A stretch of 64,000 nucleotides of DNA from Alloascoidea hylecoeti (lineage: Eukaryota): NCBI GenBank assembly GCA_001600815.1, contig BCKZ01000020.1:274831-338830 (forward strand), in the 5' to 3' direction. Made by a program: the position numbers and the translations under genes. Each line of letters begins with the position of its first letter. Positions within the stretch are counted from its first letter, which is position 1. Shown piece by piece: positions 24,621-34,924 of the stretch. The notes beneath the pieces were generated by a model. It did not search any database and had not been told where the DNA came from. It saw only the letters and a program-made list of their open reading frames with translations.

Positions 24621-26162
24621 TCATTTCAAAACAGGAGAAACGCCAAAAGGGATAAATTTCTGTATTGGGGTCGCAGAAGAATCGGGATTTTGAAAAATTG
24701 AAAGAAGATTAGAAAGCGATCTTGGGGCCATTGAATTATCAAAATTGTGATTTCGATTATTGGGAACTTGAGGCTGATGTTTAACTTGAGGTTGAGGTTG
24801 AACTTGAGGTTGAGGTTGAACTTGAACTTGAGGTTGAGGTTGGTTTTGACTCTCATCAAGTTCATTAGTAATGCTCATATCCTGGAATAGATTTGAAATG
24901 TTTGCATTCCCATTAGTACTATAATTTGAATCACCCCCTTGTGTATTACATTGTATAGTGTAATCAGCATATGTATTTCTATGCATATTAGCAAATGGAT
25001 ATCTATGATCAACAAATGTATTCATATTAGAAAAAGAATTTCTATTAGTAAATGTATTTTTATTCGTATTGCCAGATGGGGAATCAAGAAACGGAAAATG
25101 TACATTATAATTCGAAGCATGATCATTAGGAAACGAATATGAACGAGTCATAGAAGCATTCGCGTTCAACTGTGGAAGCAAATTCGAAGCATGATCATTA
25201 GGAAACGAATATGAACGAGCCGAAGAACTAGAAAACTGTGAGGGAAAATTCGGAGAACCAACAAACTGTGAGTGTGAATTTGAAGAACCAGAATGATTAA
25301 CATTAAGAACATTATAATTATTATCTCTAGATTGAGATTTTTTGCTTGGTGGAGTTTGTATTTGGTTTTCTATTCGGTTTATGAATTGATAATCCAATCC
25401 GCCAGGAATAATACAAAACCAAATCCTCGTCTTATAAGCTTTATACAAAACATTAATTAGGTTTTGAAACTTAACTCTACTTGAACATTTATAGTAGAAG
25501 GTTATTTTCTTTCCATCCCATTGATAATCACAATAAACAATATTCATTAAAGTTGACCGATTCATATCGTTTCTTTTATATTGTTTAATTAATTTCTTAC
25601 GACAATCGTTTAAAATATCTCTTTCTTTCTTTTCTTTAAGTACAATTTTATTTGTGTCTTCACAATCTGCCAATTGAATGATTTCTTTTGGTTCAGAAAG
25701 GCCAAAATTCTTTCGTTGCCGAGCACCACTTGCGATGAGAGCATTTTGCTCAACATGGTGTTGTTGATATTTAAGATAGCGGATGTAATCATCTTCAACG
25801 TTGCAGCGGATAACTTTTCCAATGTCCTCCCCTTTACCAAGATTCACGATAACGATGTCGTTCTCATTAAGATTAATATAATTTTCCGCCGTAATGCCGC
25901 AGACTTCGATCCTTCCGGCTTTAAATGCCACAAGGTACAAACGGTGGAATCTCTCGCGGTTCAGTTGGGGTAGCATGTGGAGGATGGAGTAATCTATCGC
26001 TAGGTTTTCTGTGGCCACTGCATGGTATGGGTTTACAGGGTGAGAAAAGTAGGAACTGACAGTCTCATAAGCATTCTTTTGTTCAAGAGAGGAAGATACA
26101 TGCATGTTGTTGTACCAGTACTGTCCATGATGGTGGGCATTGTGATCCACACCGGAAAACAT
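24621..26162 (-). CDS. PSP1-domain protein (start uncertain; first in-frame ATG at 26162)
   Basis: LYLVAFKAGRIEV and YCDYQWDGKKITFYY...RVKFQNLINVLYKAYKTRIW match the PSP1 C-terminal domain as recalled, in divergent form. Confidence 0.8.
   Translation of the reverse strand: MFSGVDHNAHHHGQYWYNNMHVSSSLEQKNAYETVSSYFSHPVNPYHAVATENLAIDYSILHMLPQLNRERFHRLYLVAFKAGRIEVCGITAENYINLNENDIVIVNLGKGEDIGKVIRCNVEDDYIRYLKYQQHHVEQNALIASGARQRKNFGLSEPKEIIQLADCEDTNKIVLKEKKERDILNDCRKKLIKQYKRNDMNRSTLMNIVYCDYQWDGKKITFYYKCSSRVKFQNLINVLYKAYKTRIWFCIIPGGLDYQFINRIENQIQTPPSKKSQSRDNNYNVLNVNHSGSSNSHSQFVGSPNFPSQFSSSSARSYSFPNDHASNLLPQLNANASMTRSYSFPNDHASNYNVHFPFLDSPSGNTNKNTFTNRNSFSNMNTFVDHRYPFANMHRNTYADYTIQCNTQGGDSNYSTNGNANISNLFQDMSITNELDESQNQPQPQVQVQPQPQVQPQPQVKHQPQVPNNRNHNFDNSMAPRSLSNLLSIFQNPDSSATPIQKFIPFGVSPVLK
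25109..25219 (-). repeat. Exact 39-bp direct repeat (25109-25147, 25181-25219) inside the PSP1-domain CDS
   Basis: aattcgaagcatgatcattaggaaacgaatatgaacgag occurs twice with a 72-bp period and encodes RSYSFPNDHASN twice. Confidence 0.95.
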
Positions 26163-26277
26163 GCTAGGACTGATTGATCTAAGTACAATCCGGCAAGAAT
26201 CAGAGTTTTTATAGCTTTTCAATCTTACTCACTTACATTTTTTGGTATAACTTATATTAAAATTTAGAATTGCTAAG

Positions 26278-27843
26278 TTAGCAATAAAAAAGCATCCGCC
26301 CTGCATATTCGTACATCATCCCTGCAGTATCTGCAACGGGTATACTTGCCCTGTTACCCGCATGTAAGTCGCACACCTCCAGTAAATCTGCAGCAACTGC
26401 GCACATTTGCCCGTCTGTTTTGTACTGACGAGTCTGTACAAGCACACTCCACCCGCACACTGCAATCCGGAAACCATGGGATCCGTATGCAGGTTCTACC
26501 GACCCTCTCCCTCGCCATATCCTCCTCCACGTGCCGACAGGCACACATCCGGCTTTAGGGCTTAGTCGGCGGTCAGCAGTCACACAGCCCTCCAATTGCT
26601 CAAGCCCAGTTAAAAAACCCTCCAGTTCCATAATATGAATCTCTAACTCCTTTTGCGAAGTATAACTCCCCTTTACAACGAATCCTCCGCTCAAATACAC
26701 CTCGCTGATATATCTCCTCATCTCCTGGTACTTCGCATACTTATTTGTTAAAGCATTGACTAGCCAGTGCATTCCTAAATACCCTCCACTTCTGCTATCG
26801 ATAACACACGAATAAAATCTAGAGTTATGATGATCTATCGTATCTAAAACCTCAATAGGTACAATTAAAACTTCTGATGTCATTTGTAAACTTTGCTTTG
26901 CGTATAACCCTGGCAGAAAATTAAACTTTTTCTTCCCGATCATTTGAGTCCTTATCCTTAATTTTGTTTCCCAATTCAACTTTGAATTTCGATCATAATT
27001 TTTTATTATTATTTCATTGCCTTCTTCTAATACCTGTATAATGACAAGATTATTTTTATGAACAATACAATAATCTTTAAAATTTATTTCAAATTGTTCA
27101 ACATTAAAATTATTTATTTTCCATGTGTTTTCAATTTTTTTATTAAATACAATATCTTTATAGTCATTTAAAGCATTGTCTGATATAGTATTGTCATCAA
27201 AAATAATTGCTTTTATAATCTTTTCTTCATGATCAATTGTTAGTGTTTCTGACATAATACCATTTTTCATTCCAATTGGTATGATTATTTGTCCATATTT
27301 ATGTACATCATTATCAATAGTGGAATCATCTTTTGATATCATAGTAAGTTTCCAGGATACTCTTTCTATTTCAAGAGTATAATTTGATTTTTCTTTTAAA
27401 TCTTTTATTTCCATTAATAAATTTCTTTTATCATCTTCGAATTCATCATCATATCCAATTGATAATTCATCCAATATATTAAAACGACATTTCAATTCTT
27501 TAAAAATAAACTCTTCTACATATCCCATATCTTCATAATTATAATTATAATAATCACAATTATTATCCTTTTTATGAGTTTCATGTGCAACAAGTAATTG
27601 AAACTTTTCAATATTTTTATTAATTTCTTTATATTCTTTTTTTAACTTATTACCTGAAATATTATTACAATTGAAATTAAGATTCTGGTTATAATTTAAA
27701 AATGATTTCAAATTTATATTCAATGGGTTATAATGTTGAAATGTCAACTTACAACAAAAACAAAAATTAAATGAATCTTTTAATGAAAGATAATTATTAA
27801 TTAATTGTAATAGGATATCCTCCGGAAGGTCGTATATTTTCAT
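26278..27843 (-). CDS. F-box domain protein (521 aa)
   Basis: N-terminus MKIYDLPEDILLQLINNYLSLKDSFNFCFCCKLTF is F-box-like; the rest is unrecognised. Confidence 0.7.
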   Translation of the reverse strand: MKIYDLPEDILLQLINNYLSLKDSFNFCFCCKLTFQHYNPLNINLKSFLNYNQNLNFNCNNISGNKLKKEYKEINKNIEKFQLLVAHETHKKDNNCDYYNYNYEDMGYVEEFIFKELKCRFNILDELSIGYDDEFEDDKRNLLMEIKDLKEKSNYTLEIERVSWKLTMISKDDSTIDNDVHKYGQIIIPIGMKNGIMSETLTIDHEEKIIKAIIFDDNTISDNALNDYKDIVFNKKIENTWKINNFNVEQFEINFKDYCIVHKNNLVIIQVLEEGNEIIIKNYDRNSKLNWETKLRIRTQMIGKKKFNFLPGLYAKQSLQMTSEVLIVPIEVLDTIDHHNSRFYSCVIDSRSGGYLGMHWLVNALTNKYAKYQEMRRYISEVYLSGGFVVKGSYTSQKELEIHIMELEGFLTGLEQLEGCVTADRRLSPKAGCVPVGTWRRIWRGRGSVEPAYGSHGFRIAVCGWSVLVQTRQYKTDGQMCAVAADLLEVCDLHAGNRASIPVADTAGMMYEYAGRMLFYC

Positions 27844-28381
27844 CGTTCTAGATATCTTTCTTGTAATTGTTAATTGAAATTTGTATGGTGATTACTGTTA
27901 AGGTTTATAATGATTGAACAAAGAAATTTAAAGAGATATTGCAAGGTATTTATACTAATGTCATCATCTTACAATTGCATATATAAATGTATCATTTATG
28001 CAATTATATATCTCACTTTTAAAAATGTTGCCATAGTTTCGATCGAAAGTTTCACATTATTTGCAATTGTAATGTGGCTATCAAATAGGCTCTATACTTT
28101 TAACCTCTATAGCTATAAAAGACATAAGCAGGCGTTATCGATATCTATTATCTATGAAAATGATTAAAAATATTAATACTAGTGTGTGCACGTGTATAAG
28201 TTATATGATATCAATGTATATTTAACCGCTCAATTATAAATTAAAGGAATAACGTTGCCGTTACCGTTACAATGAAATATATCATGACAGGGTAACTTAC
28301 ATACAAATACAACCCGGTTCAAAGTTGGGCTTTCTTATAGAGTCCTCCCTAGGAAAACACGTACATGGATCATTTTCGGTA

Positions 28382-28492
28382 CCCAAATGACCTTCTATAA
28401 ATGAGAGGAATCAAAAGAACAGAAAAATCTGGTCTGAAGATAGATCTGTGTTGTCTCTGGACGTTTGGGATGATATTATACTCTATAATCAA
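28382..28492 (+). mobile_element. Tc1/mariner transposase relic 2 (segment before the first catalytic D)
   Basis: PK*PSINERNQKNRKIWSEDRSVLSLDVWDDIILYNQ has the same K-x-P, R-x-x-W, W-x11-W spacing as the Tc1 KKP...RLEW...W..VIFSDE segment. Confidence 0.5.
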
Positions 28493-30348
28493 CTGCGTTA
28501 TATGCGCTATTTTGAGAACCATTTAAGGCCTTCAACTTCTTCAAGACCCGAAAGAGAAGTGCAGCTTTGAGAATTAACCCGGCGGTCTAAGTTACCCCAC
28601 CATATATCTTTATAAACTAACTTTACATATAGTTCAATTCTAACGTTAACTCAATCACAAAAACTAAATATTTTCAGATTCCTTTATTTGGAATATACAG
28701 CAGGTGTTTGGGTTTCATACGAAAACAGATTATGAAAGTAATTTCGGTAGAAATTGGGAAATGGAGTCATTGATCAATAAAATCTTAATTTTATAGATTT
28801 ATATGATTGTTATATCGATTATCTAACAAAAAGATCAATTAATCTTCTCCGTAACATAATTAAGCAAACTTGAAATAATATTGAGAAAAATTGCTTTATT
28901 ATTGCAAGCTTAATTATACCAACTTCTGTATGGGTGGAGTTGTGTCATTTAGAAAGTTCCAGCTGTTAAACACCTAAATGTGACAAGATAATATATTCCG
29001 TGAAGTTTAATAAAATATTTCACAAAATAGTTTAGCCGCGTGCGCATTTTCTTTCTTTGCTTTTAGATAGAAACATTTAGCATTAAAGTATAACCTATAA
29101 ATTTTTTTTAGGGTAATTAACTAGTTAGAATCATGCGATGTATTGCGAATTTGAATTTGAATTATCTTCGGACGAGCTCAATTAAGTAGGCAGTTTGCTA
29201 TAAGCACAGTATTAAGTAAAAAAAAAAGAAAAGATATATACCACAGGTGATTCCTCACAGCAATATTCTACTACCCGCAGGAGATTCATACAATAATTAT
29301 ATGCAAACATACAATAGTAGTCATAAGTTGCGACATGAAAAATGTGATGATTTGAGTTTTGGAGAGCATGCGCAATCAATTAATGGAATAATAATATAAC
29401 CGGGTAATCTTGAATTGCTGCCTTTTTTTTTGACTATACATATGCATACATAGTACATACTATTAAAGTATATAAAAAATTGGATATAGCGCTCCAAAAG
29501 AAACCCAACTTTTTAATAAGATGATTTGAAGGATTATGCTAAGCGAGACTGCGTAATTGTAATTCTAACAAAACAATTCAACCAACTAAGTGTTGAATGC
29601 TTGAACGGTTGGTTTGCTATATTTAATACTCACTATCTGAGAATAATAGGTAAAAGAAGAAACATTATCGATATCCTTCACTCGGTATCAGCGTGCCCAA
29701 CTATGGGTGACCAATGAATATCCTCTGTAAGCTTAAACACTACACTGGGTCTTTTTTGATTGTCACCCAATAGCTACCAGCTACAGGCAAACTGTGGCTT
29801 TTCTTACCTGTAGCTAAGACTGTTGCCTTGGATGGCCTATCTGAAAAACTTATCTATATTTATATATCCTACACAAATAGAATATTCAGTGATTTGTTAT
29901 AATGTTGCCATTTCCTTTTGGGAGTGGTATCCAAAAAAGTTTAGCAACTTTACTCCAGATCCAGCTGTAAATAAATCTTAGAAGAAGTTTATGAGTTTAT
30001 AATTAATATTATATGATATATATTAAATACCGAGCAAATGAAACAAAATATAAAAATACCAAAACGATGGCTATATAGTTTATGATTAATGACCTTTAAA
30101 TTTTTTATCAATATATATAAAAGAAAATAATAATAATGAATAACTAACAAACGCATAAACATGTGCACTAAAAATCGTCCTGGTATTGTCTCCTTTAAGG
30201 CCAGGCATATAACCCCCATTTTAAAAAATATTAAGTTAAATAAAACGATATATGCAAATCGTTATATATATTAAGGTCTGAAATTAGAACCTTTTTGCAT
30301 ATCTTATACCTCTGTTCTTCAAAAAGAAAAAAAAAAAACAAATTGATA

Positions 30349-31993
30349 TTATGAATAATGCTTATCTATACCAGCAGAAACAATCATACCTAATAACAGT
30401 AACCACTTTTCATCATTTGTTTTTTGATCTGGTTGTAATTTCCAAATTGTGACCCATCCTAATTTATCATCGCTTGGTTCATCATCAGGAGGATCTCTTA
30501 TAATCAAACCATCTCCTGGTTTATAAAAATTAACAGTTTCTGGACCAATTGGAGATGAGTCAAGACAATGAGAAGTTGTGCGATTTAGACTTCCGTTATT
30601 ATTATTAATATTCCAACTATTGTCAAGGGCAAATTCATTTGATTTTCTAAAACCCATAAGGATTGAATTATGTTTTGTTTTTTTATTCTTATTATCTGGT
30701 GAGCTGGTTGTTTTCCCAGTTAACGCACCACCGAGTAAACTTAAACTTGAAAAAGAAGAATGACGTGTATGTTTTGGATTATGATTAACATTTGAATTTG
30801 AATTTGAATTTGAATTTGAATTTGAGTTTGAATTTAAATTTAAATTTGAAAAATTTGTAATTGAAGTTGAAAACCGTTTATTATTATTTTGTTTTTTTTC
30901 AAGTTTGATATAATCTTCATCATCATCTTGTTCATTTTTATTATTTTGAGAATGAATAATTGACCATCTTTTAAAACTTTTTTGTAATTTTTTTCTTAAT
31001 TTAACATCTTTATTTCTATACATTGCTTTAATTGCACCACGTTTTAATAAATCAATTGGATCAGTTTCATCACTTGATGATATATTATTTGATTTAAAAT
31101 TCATATGTTCATTTGAAAGTTCAAATTCAGGATCATAAAAATAGATATTTGATTTTTGAATAAATTTAATAGAGTATGAATATTGATTATTATTACTATT
31201 AAGATTATATTGTTGTATTGGCATTGGTCGTGGTATATTTCCTAAAATCCAACCTTTTTTATTAAAATCTGGAATTGCAATTTTTGGAATTGATGAAGAT
31301 TTTGAAGAAGAGTTTGATAATTCCATTGCATAAGTTTTAAAAGTTGTTTGTCTTGATATATAATCATGATTTGTTTTAAGTTTTGAATTTGAGGAATTTG
31401 ATTGTGGTGTTACTTCAAAATCAAATAAATCACCTTGAATTTTCTTTTCAATATGATCATTACTATTAATATTTTCTTTTGAATTTGAACTTGAATTTGA
31501 TAAATAGACTTCTAATGTCCATCTTCCTTTCCCATCATCACCATAATGTTTTGTAATACGCATCACTTCATTCCCACCTTCATCCATCCATTTCATTTCC
31601 AAAACTCCATTCCTAACACTAAAATCATTACCATTATAATTATTTCTACTTTTCATTCCATTAATAATCTGTATATAGTATGATGGGCCAGTTGGACAAT
31701 ACAGATGTTTTGCACTAGGATTTGTACTTAGGAAAAGATCTTTCCCAAGTTTCATTATATGATATTTCCAAAATGATGGTAATGATGCTGAATTTAAAGA
31801 TTTAAATGTAGATAAGGAAGACATTGGCGTTGTTACTCTTGAAGATCTCGTAGTTGAATATTGTTGAGATATTTCATGATCACGGTCTATTGTATAATCT
31901 CTTGAACTTGAACTTGGTTCTAGAGCCAATGGTGCTAATCTACCTTCACGGACTGTATGGCCATAGTTTTGTTGTACTATCTGAGATCTACGC

Positions 31994-32057
<64 letters not shown>

Positions 32058-32997
32058 GCGGCTGCTGCTGATAATGTAATATCGACTGATTTGATGAATG
32101 TGTCCGCACTGGAGCGGGATGATATTTTCCATGAACAGGTTTCTCATCCACTGAAGGCATGGGAGATGCAGAATTTGAGCGTGAATGGACTGAAGAAACA
32201 GCAGAAGTCTTCCTATATGAAGAGATATGACGTATTGGTTGAGATATAGGTTTTGAGTCAACTGATGAAAACGGATCTGCAGGTGCAGATAATAAATTAC
32301 CACGGCCAGTTGTTGCGATTGATGTCGACACTCTATGGGCTTTAAAAGATTCTTGAGATTGAGAATTCATAGGCGGTAAAGGTGGGAGATTTTTAGCATG
32401 TTCATTATTTGGTCTTGGTCTTGGTCGTGTTGGCATTGGTGGTGATGATTGTTGATTATTGGATATATGCACAGGTATAGATCGATTATCTATATTTAGA
32501 TTTCTCAGTTCTGAGATTGGAACAGTCCTCTTGTAAACTTGCGGCGATGGCTTGTGATTATTTTTGCCACTATTATTTTCATTATTCTGGCTATTCTGGC
32601 CATTCTGAGGTGTCAAAGGTCTTGAAGCAGGACGAATAGGGGTAGGGCGGTAGAGGATTGTCCGGTCATTAAGTTCAATATTGCCGACAACCGGGGAGTC
32701 GTCACGATCAGAATCGCTATCCGGAGGAGGAGGTTTCTTAACAGGCTTGTGTATTGGTATCACCAACTCTTCCTTTGTGTTAATCTTCTTAATCAGTGGC
32801 TCTTCTTCAATTTCACTGTCACTCCAACTACTCTCCCAGGACCCATGCCTCTGAAGTTGTTGATGTTGGCCGCCCCCTCCAATATATACATTTGCATTTG
32901 ATGGCCGGTATTCGTTCCGAGCCATCTCTAATGGTCTGCTCCTTTGCCCTGTTCCATGTTCCATGCCACGTGTTGGATATGGTTGAATGCTAGACAT
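30349..32997 (-). CDS. Uncharacterised protein (882 aa): Pro-rich N-terminus, polyQ tract, apparently globular C-terminal region
   Basis: Long intact ORF with structured-looking blocks LPSFWKYHIMKLGKDLFLSTNP and DDKLGWVTIW. Confidence 0.8.
31993..32058 (-). repeat. (CAA)n tract encoding 22 Gln
   Basis: Read directly; in frame in the 882-aa ORF. Confidence 0.9.
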
Positions 32998-33914
32998 GGG
33001 ATCTGTGTTAATTTGAGCGGTGTTATAGGATTTGGGTCTTCAGAAGATTGACTTGAATACTTTTTAAATTTGAATTTTTGAGAAGTTGAAAAGTCTGCAA
33101 TTAACGAGAGTTGAGCTTTGAATGCTCTTTTAGAATGTTTTTTCTCTGAAAAGTTGATATTGTTATATAGAATAGTTAAAGTTGATAGGTGTAGCTAATA
33201 AAAGGTTATATAATAGCTATAACCATGTAATATTATGATTACTTTGTTATGTCAAAAACAAGTAGGCTTACTTGCATTTATCCAATACAAATATTAATAT
33301 AAAATGAATATTAATAATAATAAAAAAATGTATGAAATATCAACTGATCTCCCTCCTCTTTTAAATTTATAAGTTGAAAAGTTGAAAGTTGAACGGGAAT
33401 GAAAAATGTAAGCATAACCTAAAAATTACTTTTTGCGTCTACGCTACGAACTCAACTCAATATGAATACTTTCTTACATATTATTACGATGGTCGTGTAT
33501 AAATACGGCCAAGCGGAGTGTTTATGAGTATTCACATCTTAGACAATAAACTCACCTATCTTAATTATGTCTCTAAATCAATATAAAACAATTAATTCAA
33601 TATTTAATTAGATTGAGGAAATATAGAAATAGCTATATTGGATGTTACTTAAATTTCATAATTTTCAGATTCTCAGCCAAATATTCACCTTTAATTTAAT
33701 CTCTAGATCTAGCTGATAAACAAAACATTTCTACGGTTTACGACTGAAATAACGAACATGTAATAATCACAATGTCAAATTTGATTATTTTAATGAGCTA
33801 CTGTTATAGTCAACTGGAGAATCAATGGAATGTAATAGTACCCATGCAATAATATATTATTATATCTATTTTCTTGTTGAAAATGTTCATTCAATTGGAA
33901 ATATGTAAACCATT

Positions 33915-34506
33915 TTATAATTTATAATCAACTTCAGCAGTGAAATCTTCACGGGTCTATAAAGTTAAAAAAGTTAGTAACTAAAATCTCTTAATGTATT
34001 TAGATCTAGATGTATTGAGCATTGCAACTTACCTTAAATAAATCCTTGGTTTCTTCTGATCCACCAAGTTCTTTCCATAATCCACCATATGGGTAGTTCC
34101 TTGGAACAGCAGGCTTTTCCAATTTATAGAATGTGATAATTGAAGTAGCAAATAGACCAAGTGAACCAAAGAAAATAGCCATCCAAGTTAAAGCTGTTTT
34201 ATCACTAACAAAGTCAAAATGATCCGTTGACCACATATTAAGCATATCATCTTCAGCATGTAATGGTTCATTAAAATTACGTCTCATCTGAGGATCATCA
34301 TAATTACCGTATGGTGTTCGATGTTGTGCCAATTCATACTTTCCCTTTACATAGTTTTCTGGCCAGATGATATCCTTTGGTTCAGTAAATTTCGTTCTAA
34401 TCTGCGAAATAATTGGCGTAATCATTGTTGTCGATGGTTTAATGTTCCGCAAACCCGAGGCCATTAGGCCTGTTCTGACACCTAAAGTTGCTGTCTTGTT
34501 GAACAT
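33915..34506 (-). CDS. Mitochondrial complex I accessory subunit NDUFB8/ASHI; exons 34506-34033 and 33956-33915 (171 aa)
   Basis: Presequence-like N-terminus, QHRTPYGNYDDPQMRRNFNEPLH, one TM helix, PAVPRNYPYGGLWKELGG; intron GTAAGT..TACTAAC..TAG. Confidence 0.88.
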
Positions 34507-34576
34507 TATTAAACAAAGTGGTGAAGGTCCTTCCAAAAAAAGATGTTGAAGTGTGTAAAACAGAAAACAGCCCTTC

Positions 34577-34636
34577 TGATTGGCGCTTCTCCAGCTACCA
34601 ATATTACTAGCAGCTTATATAATACATTCACGTGAC
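34577..34636. promoter_or_regulatory. CCAAT box (CCAATCA, minus strand) and Cbf1-type GTCACGTGA in the divergent NDUFB8/SWR1 promoter
   Basis: tgattgg at 34577-34583 and tcacgtgac at 34628-34636; CCAAT boxes are typical of respiratory genes. Confidence 0.45.
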
Positions 34637-34924
34637 CCAAATATAGGCTAAAATCTCCTTTTTCTTCGCCACATTGCAACACTCCCAAAATCTTCCAAGA
34701 ACAGGCCGATTGACTCTATTTTCTGCGTTATCTCGACAACCAGACCAGACACACAAAAACGAATACGTTTACGTGATTCCTCTCACAATTCAAAATAAGC
34801 CCATCTGTTTATATCCTTGGAATACCCCCGTTTACTGATTTTCTGCCGTGTTTCATAATTTTGGTGGGATTTTGAGTGTGGGTTTTCTAAGAAATTAGCA
34901 AGGCAGTGAAAGAAGAAAATATCG

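Noticed and set aside
25109..25219. 39-bp repeat with a 33-bp spacer, CRISPR-like in dimensions
   Set aside because: Only two units, in frame inside a eukaryotic CDS, and no cas genes.
31854..32249. Poly-Val ORF
   Set aside because: Reverse complement of the CAA polyQ tract.
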